From the NCBI GenBank assembly GCA_027459505.1, contig DAIDIE010000041.1, positions 3,252-67,251 of the forward strand: 64,000 bases of DNA. The letters run 5' to 3'. How positions within the stretch are numbered: position 1 is the first letter of the stretch; every line of letters begins with the position of its first letter. A program made the translations under genes and the position numbers. The notes below the pieces were generated by a model. The model saw only the letters and a program-made list of their open reading frames with translations, was not told the DNA's origin and searched no databases. Of this stretch, positions 43,905 through 53,135 are shown piece by piece. This DNA is from Acidobacteriota bacterium. GTDB taxonomy: Bacteria > Acidobacteriota > Terriglobia > Terriglobales > SCQP01.

Positions 43905-44873
43905 ATGAGGCTTACCACCTCCACTCTGGGCGGGGAGAGCGCCGCCGTGGCCGGCGCCGCCATGGTTGAAGTGCGCGGCCTGCGCAAGAATTACGGCAAA
44001 CTGGCCGCGGTGCAGGATGTCTCGTTCAGCATCGCGGCGGGCTCGATTTTCGGGCTGTTAGGGCCGAATGGGGCGGGGAAGACCAGCATTATCGAAATGA
44101 TCGAAGGGCTGCGCATTCCCGATGGGGGCAGTGTGCGGGTGGCTGGATTGGATCCGGTGCGCGAAGCCCGGCAGGTGAAACAACTAATCGGCGCCCAGTT
44201 GCAGACCACCAGTCTCAACGACAAGATCCGCGTGGGCGAGGTGCTTGATCTGTTTGCGACGTTTTACGCACAGCCCATGAAGATGGGCGAGTTGCTGGCC
44301 CTGGCCGGACTGGAGCACAAAAAAGACACCTATTTCCAGTACCTCAGTGGCGGAGAGAAGCAGCGGGTCGCGCTGGCGCTGGCGCTGGTGGGGAATCCTC
44401 AGGTGTTATTTCTGGACGAGCCGACCACGGGTCTGGACGCGCAGATTCGCCGCGAACTGCATGAGCTGATCCTGCGCATCAAGCAACAGGGGAAAACGGT
44501 TTTACTGAGCACGCACTATCTGGAGGAGGCGGAGCGGCTCTGCGACGAGGTGGGCATTTTGAGTGAAGGGCGGCTCCACGCAGTGGGCGCGCCACGCGAG
44601 CTGATCCGGCAGTGCTCGACGGGGGAAAGCATCGAGTTCACCTTGCGTGAGCCGGTGGACTGCGGCGTCTTCCGGGCCATGGAAGGAGTCAGCAGTTGTA
44701 CCTCGCAGGCGGATAGACGCTACCGCGCGGAGGGGCGAAAAGCGGGACAAATGCTGGCCGCCATTGCCGTTTACGCTTACCAGACCGGGAATGAAATCCT
44801 GGAGGCGCGGGTGGCGCACAGCACCCTCGAGGAAGTGTATCTGCAGCTTACCGGCAGGAGGATCTCGGAATGA
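43905..44873 (+). CDS. ABC transporter ATP-binding protein (second ABC-2 pair)
   Basis: GPNGAGKTS, LSGGEKQR and VLFLDEPTTGLD. An alternative start is ATG 43962 (MVEVRGLRKNYG). Confidence 0.85.
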   Translation: MRLTTSTLGGESAAVAGAAMVEVRGLRKNYGKLAAVQDVSFSIAAGSIFGLLGPNGAGKTSIIEMIEGLRIPDGGSVRVAGLDPVREARQVKQLIGAQLQTTSLNDKIRVGEVLDLFATFYAQPMKMGELLALAGLEHKKDTYFQYLSGGEKQRVALALALVGNPQVLFLDEPTTGLDAQIRRELHELILRIKQQGKTVLLSTHYLEEAERLCDEVGILSEGRLHAVGAPRELIRQCSTGESIEFTLREPVDCGVFRAMEGVSSCTSQADRRYRAEGRKAGQMLAAIAVYAYQTGNEILEARVAHSTLEEVYLQLTGRRISE

Positions 44874-45739
44874 AAGGCCTGCTGAAGATGACCTGGATGC
44901 ACATCAAGCTTTCGTACCGCATCAAGGTCGCGTTTTATTTCACGTTCCTGTTTCCGCTGGTGTTTTTTTTCCTGTACGCCAGTGTGCTGGGGCATGGCAA
45001 CGGGGAGGTGCTGCAGTTTTTCATGGGGCCGCTGCTGAGCATCGGGATTTTGAGCAGCGCGCTTTTTGGCATGGGCCTGCAACTGGTGATGATGCGGGAG
45101 CGCGACATGCTGCGCCGCTATCATCTGGCGCCGGTAGGGGCGTGGCAGATGGTGGGCAGCCGCCTGCTGGGCAACTACCTCGTTCTGCTGCCGGTGGCGC
45201 TGCTGCAGTTTGTGCTGGCGATCTGGATGTACCATATGCGCCCGCCTGACCATCCGTTTGGGTTGTGGCTGGTTTTCACTCTGGGCTATGCCGCGGTGGG
45301 CGCGATCGGAATGGTGATTGCCGGCGTGGTCAACACCGTGCAGGAAGCGCAGGTGTTCAACCAGCTCGTGTTTCTGGTGCTGCTGTTCTTTTCGGGCAGT
45401 ACCATGCCTTTGCAGGTGCTCTCGCCTTACTTGCGGCGCTTCGCCCTTTTTCTGCCGCCGACGTTTCTGGTGCTTACCTCGCAGGATCTCATGATCGGCC
45501 ATGGAAGCTTGGCCAGTTGCGCACCCGAGCTGTGGGGACTCTTGTTCAGCTTCGTGACGGCATTCGGGGTAGGTATTTATCTGTTCCGCTGGGAAAAGGA
45601 AGAGAAGGCGACCGGCAACGCCCGCCTGAAGGCCGCCCTGATGCTCATTCCGGTAATCGTTGCGGGGCTCTGGATGAACCTGCACCCCGGCATCCTGCAG
45701 CACAACTTACTCCTGAGCCGGGAATTGACGGGTCCCTAG
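44870..45739 (+). CDS. ABC-2 family transporter permease
   Basis: 289-aa multi-TM protein with a 4-nt overlap on the ATPase gene. Confidence 0.8.
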   Translation: MKGLLKMTWMHIKLSYRIKVAFYFTFLFPLVFFFLYASVLGHGNGEVLQFFMGPLLSIGILSSALFGMGLQLVMMRERDMLRRYHLAPVGAWQMVGSRLLGNYLVLLPVALLQFVLAIWMYHMRPPDHPFGLWLVFTLGYAAVGAIGMVIAGVVNTVQEAQVFNQLVFLVLLFFSGSTMPLQVLSPYLRRFALFLPPTFLVLTSQDLMIGHGSLASCAPELWGLLFSFVTAFGVGIYLFRWEKEEKATGNARLKAALMLIPVIVAGLWMNLHPGILQHNLLLSRELTGP

Positions 45740-46961
45740 ATCCAGGTCTGGCGGCTGGGGAGCGCATTGCACATGTTCCGGGCGCGCGCCCATGGCAATG
45801 GCTCTACCCACAAAGCGTGTGAAACCGGGAATGCGCACCAGCAGGCGCAACTGCCAGGGGGCGGTGAGCGGTCCAGGGTGCTGGAAGATCCTGGCGAAGC
45901 CACGATGGGCCAGCAGTTGGATCGCCTGGGTGATGCGCATGGGAAGCTCGCGGCGTTTTTGAACCGTGCGCAGGTGATTTTCGTTCAGCTGGCCGGCGCG
46001 CAGCGGGTGCCAGAGCAGATTGGCGGTGGCGACCGCATCCTGAATGGCGAGATTGATTCCGACCCCGCCGGCCGGCATGGGCGGCATCACCGATACAGAG
46101 AAGGCCGGGGCGGTGCCAACGCCGCAAACGATTGATTTGGACGGTCAGCAGCTTGATTTGTTCCCAATCCAGCAACTGCTCCACCCGATCACCGAGGAAA
46201 GGGGCAATCTGGCGGATGCCGTTGCGGAAGGCCGGCAGCCCGGCCTCGCGCATTTGCTGGAAAGACCCCTTGGCAATAATCAGCCCCGCCTGGAAGTAGT
46301 CGCCGCGATTGATCAGGATCAGGGCCTTGCCGAAATTCACATTGCCGAGGACTTCGCTGGGATCGTTCTGAAGGCGGGGCAGGCGGAACCAGAGCACGTC
46401 GATGGGCACGCCGCTTTCCTCCAGCGGCAACTGTGCGGCCTCGCGGATGGTGGAGTGGCGTCCGTCGCAGGCGACGACTAAATCGGCGGTGATTTGAACG
46501 GCTTCGCCATTGTGCGTGGCGGTCACACCGGTGATGCGATTCTGCTCCCACAGCAGTCCAGAGGCCTGGTGACCCATGAGCAGTTCAAAGCCGGGGAAAC
46601 GGGAGGCTTGCCGCGCCAGGAAATTAAGGAAATCCCATTGCGGCATGAGAGCGATGAATTTGCAGCAGGCCGGGACATGGCGGAAATCGGCCATTTGGAG
46701 CGGAGTGCCTCCAATCATGGCGCTGGCGGTAGTAATTTGCTGATGGAGAAGCTGCAGGAATTCGGTGAGGATTCCCAACTCGTTGAGGACATCGAGGGTG
46801 GAGGCGTGCACCGTGTCGCCGCGGAAATCACGGAAGAAGTCCTGATGTTTTTCCAGCACGGTGACGCACACGCCGGCGCGCGCGAGAAGGTAACCCAGCA
46901 TGATTCCCGCCGGTCCCCCACCGACCACACAGCAGGTTGTTGCGCGGTTGATCGTCATCAC
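45707..46961 (-). pseudogene. FAD-dependent monooxygenase/oxidoreductase disrupted inside the GDAAH motif
   Basis: N-terminal GxGxxG (CCVVGGGPAGIMLG). Frame A ends its homology at LLCIGDAAHA, and frame B continues AGGVGINLAIQDAVATANLL. The usual MSPx residues between them are missing and the frames differ. Confidence 0.6.
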
Positions 46962-46994
46962 TGGAGTTGAGCGGAAGGGGGGTGAGGGCGTGAA

Positions 46995-47075
46995 AGGTTA
47001 GCAGTTGACAGTTCACAATTCACAGTGGGGCGGTTGCCGTTGGTGGGGCGGCGCGCCTGTTCGTGGCGCCGGGCG
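46995..47075 (-). repeat. Dispersed element copy (module + heptamer tail) in reverse orientation
   Basis: The reverse complement reads aggcgcgccgccccaccaacggcaaccgccccactgtgaattgtgaactgtcaactgctaac. Confidence 0.65.
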
Positions 47076-47122
47076 TCGATCCGCGAAGCGGAACCCAGCG
47101 CTGGGCGGAATCTCCAGCGCAG

Positions 47123-47153
47123 AGACGAAAAAAGCCCAAGCGGAATGCCTGGG
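47123..47153 (-). terminator. Rho-independent terminator (10-bp stem, 5-nt loop, T tract)
   Basis: The minus strand reads AAGCCCAGGC-attcc-GCTTGGGCTT-TTTTCG. Confidence 0.6.
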
Positions 47154-47269
47154 CTTGAACTCTCACACACTTCACCGTGCACCGCAGTGCGGACCGGTCA
47201 CTCCGTCTGGCCCTCTCATTGGCAAGCAGAGCTGCAAAGGGGCGTTTTTCTTGCTGGACGCGAGCTCAG
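47123..47269 (-). ncRNA. Candidate ~145-nt small RNA, or alternatively the 3-prime UTR of mntH
   Basis: A sigma70-like promoter lies on the minus strand: TTGACG (47304-47299), 17-nt spacer, TATTGT (47281-47276). The terminator lies at 47123-47153 and there is no convincing ORF between them. Confidence 0.3.
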
Positions 47270-47415
47270 GTAACAATAGCCAACTCTGGGAGGGGCGTCA
47301 AGCGCCGTCTTACACTGTCTGAAAGTGACTGTGAGAGTAGGGGTTTTGTTGGCCTCGCCGGGGCCGCTCACTGCCCTGTCTTGTCCCGACCGACCATCCG
47401 GTGAAACGGACAGCC

Positions 47416-48708
47416 TTAGCCGGCCGGCGACAGAATCATCATGATCGTCAACACGATAATGGTGACGCTGCTGCCCCAGGCAAGAATATTGAACAGCAGC
47501 GAGTTCTTGTACTCCCCCATGATCTCTTTGCGGTTGATCAGCAGCAACATAAAGGTGAGCACAAACGGCAGGAGCACTCCGTTGGCGACCTGGGAGAACA
47601 GGATGATCTTGAGGAGTGGGATGTGCGGAATGAGCACAAAGCCGGCCCCGGCGCAGATGAGCAGGGTATAGAGCCAGTAGAAAGCGGGCGCCTCGGAGAA
47701 CTTGCGCTCGACACCGGATTCGAAGCCCATGCCTTCGCAAATGTTATAAGCGGTGGCGAGCGGCAGAATGGCGGCGGAAAGCAAGCCGGCATTGATGATG
47801 CCGACGGCAAACAGCAGTGAGGCGTAGCGCCCGGCCAAGGGTTTCAGGGCGAGGGCGGCCTGGGCCGAGTCGTTGATGTTGGTGATCCCGGTTTTGTGCA
47901 GGGTGGCGGCACAGGCGGCCAAGATGAAGAAAGCCACAACGTCAGTGATCACACAGCCGACGATGACGTCCATGCGGCAGAGGCCGTATTCTTTCTTGCC
48001 GATGCCCTTTTCGACGACTGAGGCTTGCAGATAAAACTGCATCCAGGGGGCGATCGTGGTGCCGATCAGGCCGATGAGCAGCACCAGGTAACCGGGCTGA
48101 TGGCTAAAACTGGGGATAATGGTTTGCTTGATGGCCAGGTGCCAATCCGGTTTGGCGAGGAAGGCGGAAATGGGGTAGGCGATGTAAACGAAGGAAAACA
48201 GGATAAGAATGCGTTCCACGGGCCGGTAGGTGCCCCGCACCACCACGGTCCAGACCAGAACGGCGCCGAGAGGGACAGCAATGTATTTGCTGATGTTGAA
48301 CACGCTGGCACCGGAAGCGATGCCGGCGAATTCGGAGGCGATGTTGCCGAGATCGGCCATGCCCAAAACCAGCATGGCGAAAAAGGTCCAACGAAGCCCA
48401 AACTCCTCGCGGATCAGATCGGATAATCCTTTGCCGGTGACCGCGCCCATGCGGGCCGACATTTCCTGAATGACGATCAGGGCAATAGTGGTAGGGACCA
48501 GGGTCCAGAGCAGGAGGTAGCCGAATTTGGCGCCGGCTTGGGAATAGGTCAGAATGCCGCCGGGATCGTTATCGACATTGGCGGTAATGAAGCCAGGGCC
48601 GAAGACCGCCATGAACAGCAGCAGTCGCGTCTTCCAGGAAGAGAGCAGGCCGGGCGCACGGCGGCGGGACCGCGGCTTCGCGGTGGAGTTTGTTTTCAGG
48701 TTCTCCAT
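47416..48708 (-). CDS. mntH: NRAMP-family divalent metal (Mn2+/Fe2+) transporter
   Basis: FGPGFITANVDNDPGGILTYSQAGAKFGYLLLW and a ~11-TM architecture in a 430-aa protein. Confidence 0.9.
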   Translation of the reverse strand: MENLKTNSTAKPRSRRRAPGLLSSWKTRLLLFMAVFGPGFITANVDNDPGGILTYSQAGAKFGYLLLWTLVPTTIALIVIQEMSARMGAVTGKGLSDLIREEFGLRWTFFAMLVLGMADLGNIASEFAGIASGASVFNISKYIAVPLGAVLVWTVVVRGTYRPVERILILFSFVYIAYPISAFLAKPDWHLAIKQTIIPSFSHQPGYLVLLIGLIGTTIAPWMQFYLQASVVEKGIGKKEYGLCRMDVIVGCVITDVVAFFILAACAATLHKTGITNINDSAQAALALKPLAGRYASLLFAVGIINAGLLSAAILPLATAYNICEGMGFESGVERKFSEAPAFYWLYTLLICAGAGFVLIPHIPLLKIILFSQVANGVLLPFVLTFMLLLINRKEIMGEYKNSLLFNILAWGSSVTIIVLTIMMILSPAG

Positions 48709-48744
48709 ACAGGTCCGGCGTCTCTGGTCGAGAGGCGGGGCGGA

Positions 48745-48836
48745 ATAAGGACCGCCTGGATTCCACGTTTACGGGTGTTCGCCGTCAGCGAGATTGCGGT
48801 TTATCCGGAACAGTCCGGCGTGGACAACGTCCTTAT
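48745..48836 (-). promoter_or_regulatory. Structured 5-prime leader of mntH (three nested helices), possible riboregulator
   Basis: On the minus strand: ATAAGGAC pairs with GTCCTTAT (8 bp closing helix), CCACG with CGTGG, and CCGGA-ctgt-TCCGG. The structure ends 37 nt upstream of the ATG. Confidence 0.3.
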
Positions 48837-48957
48837 CAGTGTAGCGCGGCAGGGCGGGGAGGAGCCGCCGGAATCGGCGCCAGCGCTGGGGCCGGGTGGG
48901 CCGGCGTAACGCGGTTGCGGCTTCCAGCCACCGTTGGGAGCTGACGCCGGGAAGAGT

Positions 48958-48985
48958 TATCAGCTGCCAGTTGTCCGTAGGACGT
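48958..48985 (+). repeat. Short heptamer-type tract sharing CAGTTGTCCGTAGG with 40215..40247
   Basis: tatcagctgccagttgtccgtaggacgtgg. Confidence 0.5.
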
Positions 48986-49035
48986 GGCGGGCGATCTGCC
49001 GTCCATTGCCCTCAGTGGCACCGAAGCCGGGGTGA

Positions 49036-49260
49036 CTAATGACAGCCGCAGCCGGAGGGGCGGCAACCGCAGCCGCCTCCAGTGGTGGCGCCCGTGCTTG
49101 CAGGTGAACTGCTGGTACCACCAGAAGCGAAGACAGAAAACTGCAGAACTGTTTTGTCGTGGCCGCAGCCTGGGCAACTGGGTGCTCCCGCCTCGGCGTT
49201 GCGCTGCAGCTTTTCGAATTTTTGTCCGCAGGACTGGCAAACGTATTCGAAGATCGGCAT
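49036..49260 (-). CDS. FmdB-family zinc-ribbon protein
   Basis: MPIFEYVCQSCGQKFEKL...CPGCG plus a Gly/Cys-rich tail (GGGCGCRPSGCGCH). Confidence 0.85.
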   Translation of the reverse strand: MPIFEYVCQSCGQKFEKLQRNAEAGAPSCPGCGHDKTVLQFSVFASGGTSSSPASTGATTGGGCGCRPSGCGCH

Positions 49261-49357
49261 GAGCTGATTTTACCGTGCGGGCGTGGCGGGGAGGGGGGCG
49301 CAAAAAGAACGCCCCAGCGCCAGGGCGCTGGGGCGGGGTCAATGCCCGGAAGAGGGG

Positions 49358-51376
49358 CTAGTTTTTGGAGGCGCCGATCTGTACCAGTTCGGGTTCCGCC
49401 GCAGCGTCGCCCAACTGGCTCTTCAGCATCTGTTCGCGCAGCTTTTTCCGCATCAGCTTCTCTTCTTCGAAAGCGTTCTGCGGCGCTTCGGTACGAGTGC
49501 GGACGCGGGCGGCGTCCTCGGCGTTGACCTGGAGGGTATGGTCGAAGCTCTCCATCTGCACGGCGCCGCCATTGGCGTACACCTTGTGCTTGCCGTTCTG
49601 TTTGTACCAGTCCATCACAGTGGCGTTCTGGTGCATTTGCTCGATGATGTTGCGCCATCCCACGCCGGTGTTGTAGGCGCAGAAGGAGATTTCCCCTTCC
49701 TGGGTGCCGTAGGGAATGATGCACATTTCGGTGCGGCGGAAATCGTAGTTGAACAGGTCCTGGAACCACATGCCGGCGATGAAGAGGAAGTTCCAGGGAT
49801 CCTGGCGGCGTTTCTGGATGTCTTCCAGGGTGCGGTCGCCGCTGACTTTGCCGTAGCTTTTGCCGGACAAGCCGAGCGTCTTATCGAACTTCTTCCAGAT
49901 GGCGTGCAAGGTGAGGCTATGCGGCGCGTTGAGGGGCTGGAAGTTCTTCAGCAGAGCCAGTCCGGCGGCGATGTTGGAGTGCCACTTGCTCCGGCCGGCA
50001 TCGCTGACCCTGGCGATGTCCTTTAGAAGTTGGGGAACGTTGATGAAGGAGGGCACCGGGGCCATCTCCTTGGTTTCCTTGTGGATCATCACCGCGGTGC
50101 CCACGCCGCAGTTGGGGTGACAGCCGCAGCTCATCTGTCCCCACTGCGCCTCGGGGCCATGGACCAGATCGGCGAAGTCGGCGAAGGCGCCCATGACGGA
50201 GATGGGGAACCAGTCGCGGGTGGGTTCGGTGATGCCCACCTGCTTTTTCACGTCATAGGCCATATGCGACAGGGTGTAGCGCTGGCGCATGCGGCGCTCG
50301 TCGGTGATCTCTTCGTCGCGGCCAGTGAAGCTGACGGGCTGGAAGCTGACGAAGGAGATCTTCTTGGGGTTATCGAGCGCGAAGCGCACGACCGGGCCGA
50401 CCTGATCGTTGGTGACGCCGTTGACCAGGGTCACGACCAGGACGATCTCGATGCCGGCCTCGTGCATGTTGTTGATGGCGCGCAGCTTGATGTCAAACAA
50501 GTTGCCGATTTTGCGGTGGCCGTTGGCGTCGTTGCCGATACCGTCGAACTGCAGGTAGGCATAACGCAAGCCGGCTTCGGCGGCCTTGCGGGCGAACTCC
50601 TTGCTCTTGGCGAACTCGATGCCGTTGGTGGCGCACTGGACGCTGTTGTAGCCCACCTTGCGGGCGTAGGCGATGGCATCGAAAAAGTGCGGGGACATGG
50701 TGGGCTCGCCCCCGGAGAACTGAATCGACATCTGCCGCCGCGGCTTGATTTTGATGGCGTTGTCGAGGATTTCCTTGATGTCGTCAAAGCTGAGTTCGTG
50801 GACGAAGCCGACCTGATTGGCATCCATGAAGCAGGGATCGCACATCATGTTGCAGCGGTTGGTCAGGTCGACGGTGAGCACCGCGCCACGGCCGTGCTTG
50901 ATGGAGCTGGAGCCGTGGTTATGCAGGTTCAAGTCATTGTGCGCCGGCAGGTCGCGGCCGGGGAACATGCGCTCGACGTGTTCGAGGAACTTCACGTCCA
51001 TGGCCATGATGTCCTCGAAGTGGCCGTGCTTGGGGCAGTCCTTGACCATCCAGACTTCGCCGTTGCGCTCGATGATGTTGGCTTTGATCTCGCCGATGTG
51101 GGCGGTGATCAGTTCGCGGTAGTCGCGCTTGCCGCTGAGAATTTCGGCGCGGGCCTCGCGTACGCAGGTGGGACAAAGGGAGTCCGTCTGCCGGGGCCAG
51201 CCCAGTTGCGGCTTGGTCTTTTCCCAGGATTTCTGCAGCGGCTTGTCGGACCATTTCGGGGTGAAGGATTTCTTGGAACGGTTGCGTTGGAAGTACGCCC
51301 ACGTATTGAACGCCGCTCCCGCCGCCCGGGTCAGGCCAAATTCGAGATATTTCACTGGTCTTTTCATGCTCGCCAT
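49358..51376 (-). CDS. Large radical SAM enzyme, Tes / GDGT-MAS-like (putative membrane-spanning lipid synthase)
   Basis: CxxxCxxC in DLTNRCNMMCDPC. N-terminal rubredoxin-like CPTC...CPKHGH. Extra Cys cluster MSCGCHPNCG. 672 aa. The family assignment comes from remembered architecture, not a search. Confidence 0.5.
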   Translation of the reverse strand: MASMKRPVKYLEFGLTRAAGAAFNTWAYFQRNRSKKSFTPKWSDKPLQKSWEKTKPQLGWPRQTDSLCPTCVREARAEILSGKRDYRELITAHIGEIKANIIERNGEVWMVKDCPKHGHFEDIMAMDVKFLEHVERMFPGRDLPAHNDLNLHNHGSSSIKHGRGAVLTVDLTNRCNMMCDPCFMDANQVGFVHELSFDDIKEILDNAIKIKPRRQMSIQFSGGEPTMSPHFFDAIAYARKVGYNSVQCATNGIEFAKSKEFARKAAEAGLRYAYLQFDGIGNDANGHRKIGNLFDIKLRAINNMHEAGIEIVLVVTLVNGVTNDQVGPVVRFALDNPKKISFVSFQPVSFTGRDEEITDERRMRQRYTLSHMAYDVKKQVGITEPTRDWFPISVMGAFADFADLVHGPEAQWGQMSCGCHPNCGVGTAVMIHKETKEMAPVPSFINVPQLLKDIARVSDAGRSKWHSNIAAGLALLKNFQPLNAPHSLTLHAIWKKFDKTLGLSGKSYGKVSGDRTLEDIQKRRQDPWNFLFIAGMWFQDLFNYDFRRTEMCIIPYGTQEGEISFCAYNTGVGWRNIIEQMHQNATVMDWYKQNGKHKVYANGGAVQMESFDHTLQVNAEDAARVRTRTEAPQNAFEEEKLMRKKLREQMLKSQLGDAAAEPELVQIGASKN

Positions 51377-51748
51377 CTCCTAGAGAACTGCACGCCTACG
51401 GTTGTACTGAAGAAAACTTGGAAACTAGAAAGCTATTGAGACTCCACTCTCCATGCGCGGGCAGCCTCGATGGGCCAGCACGGAGCTCAGACGCAGTAGT
51501 GCATAAAGAGCCTCTATCCAATCATGATAGGAGCGAAAATGCCTCTCCGGCGCGGGGTTCCGGCGAATGGCGAAAAATAAGCCTCCAGTGGCAGCGCAGG
51601 GGTCGCGAACGGGGTCAGGGGCAAGAAGGGCTGCGCTTTCAGCAGTTTAGGCCAGTCACGTGCGGTGACGAGAGTCTCTGGAGCGGGAAGAGTATCCCGG
51701 GGGGCTATCTGTTGCCTGAATGAGCGGGGGCAGACGGGCCGGGAGCGG

Positions 51749-52948
51749 CTATTTTCTTTGCAGCTTGCTCCAAAAGCTTTTCGGGCGCTGGGCGCGCAAG
51801 CGGTGGCGCTGGCCGAAGTAGGTGGCGCCCACGACGAAGGCAAATTCCGGATCGGCGAACTCGTCGGGCATGCCTTCGGGAAGCGAGGGCACGCCCATGC
51901 GCACCGGGATACGCAGTTGGCGCTCCATGAGTTCCGGCAAGCCGTTGAGGCGAGCGCCACCGCCGGTGAGCACGATGCCAGCGCCCAGAGCGCGCAGCCA
52001 GCCGGCACGCTGCAGGTTGTCGCCGATCATGGCGATGAGTTCCTGGGCGCGGGGTTCGAGGCAATCACAAAGATCGCGGTGGGGGAGCAGGCGCGAGGGG
52101 CGGTCGCCGATGCCGGGGACTTCGATATCGTTGCGCTCGCTGACCATTGCAGCGCAAGCGAAGCCGAAGTTGCGTTTGATGCGCTCGGCGTCGCGCATGG
52201 GGGTATTGAAGCCGATGGCAATGTCGTTGCTGAAATGCGCGCCACCGACGGGAACCACCGCGGAATGCTGAGCCACGCTGGCGGAAAAGACCATCACGGC
52301 GCTGGAGCCAGCGCCAATATCGACCAGCGCCACGCCGGCCTCACGGTCTTCGGCGGAAAGCACCGCCTCATGCTCCGCCACGGGAGGAAAAATCAGGTAC
52401 TCGACTTCCAGATGAGCGCGGTTTGCCGCGGCCACCAGATTTTGTTTGGCGCTGCTGGAGACGGTGATGATGTGAACCCTGGCCTCCAAACGGGACCCCA
52501 GCATTCCGATGGGGTCGCGAATGCCCGCCTGGTTGTCGAGGATGAATTCCTGCGGCAGGACGTCAATGATTTCGCGGTCTTCGGGGATGGCGAAGCTACC
52601 GGCCACCTGAACCACTTTGCGGATATCCTCGCGCGTGATTTCGCGGCTGCGGGAAGTAAGGGTCGTGCCCGCCTGACTTGCGAGGCCACGCACGTGCGCG
52701 CCGCTGAGATTCACGAAGACGCGTTCGACGGCGACTCCGGAGCTGACTTCAGCGGCATCGGCGGCGCGTTTGATGTCGCCGACCACGGTTTCCAAATTGG
52801 AGATGACCCCTTTGCGTATGCCACTGGATTCGCTCAGGCCATGACCGGCGTAGTAGAGGCGGTCATCGCGCTCCTGACTTACCAACAGGCAAATCTTGTC
52901 GGTTCCGACGTCCAGGATTGCAACGGGCTCAATGGGCTTCTTGGGCAT
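51749..52948 (-). CDS. ftsA: Cell division protein FtsA
   Basis: Actin-fold blocks VAILDVGTDKICLLV, VALVDIGAGSSAVMVF and VVPVGGAHFSNDIA. Confidence 0.9.
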   Translation of the reverse strand: MPKKPIEPVAILDVGTDKICLLVSQERDDRLYYAGHGLSESSGIRKGVISNLETVVGDIKRAADAAEVSSGVAVERVFVNLSGAHVRGLASQAGTTLTSRSREITREDIRKVVQVAGSFAIPEDREIIDVLPQEFILDNQAGIRDPIGMLGSRLEARVHIITVSSSAKQNLVAAANRAHLEVEYLIFPPVAEHEAVLSAEDREAGVALVDIGAGSSAVMVFSASVAQHSAVVPVGGAHFSNDIAIGFNTPMRDAERIKRNFGFACAAMVSERNDIEVPGIGDRPSRLLPHRDLCDCLEPRAQELIAMIGDNLQRAGWLRALGAGIVLTGGGARLNGLPELMERQLRIPVRMGVPSLPEGMPDEFADPEFAFVVGATYFGQRHRLRAQRPKSFWSKLQRK

Positions 52949-53135
52949 CAGGGATGGGGCTCAGAGAGTGTTCAAACAATGATCATGGACCAGCATTCAT
53001 AGAGGAGGCGGTTCGGGGTGCAGGCGCCGCTCACAATTGAGGCGATTGGTCCCGGGGCGTTCGTATGAAGGCGGTTCAATAGTTGAGTTTAGCAGTTGTA
53101 ATTCTGTGGAGAACACCGCGGTGGGGAGCCGTCCG

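Noticed and set aside
48709-48836. yybP-ykoY manganese riboswitch upstream of mntH
   Set aside because: I could not find the conserved GGGGAGTAG and TTGACA-type core strings. The region is kept only as a generic structured-leader hypothesis.
50030-51439. 469-aa ORF antisense to the radical SAM gene. Similar long antisense ORFs occur at 51665-53002, 54474-55835, 39163-40176, 40591-41664, 36963-38114 and 44777-45703.
   Set aside because: All are nested opposite genes with strong family motifs. They have Gly/Ala/Asp/His-rich low-information sequence and are GC-driven open frames.
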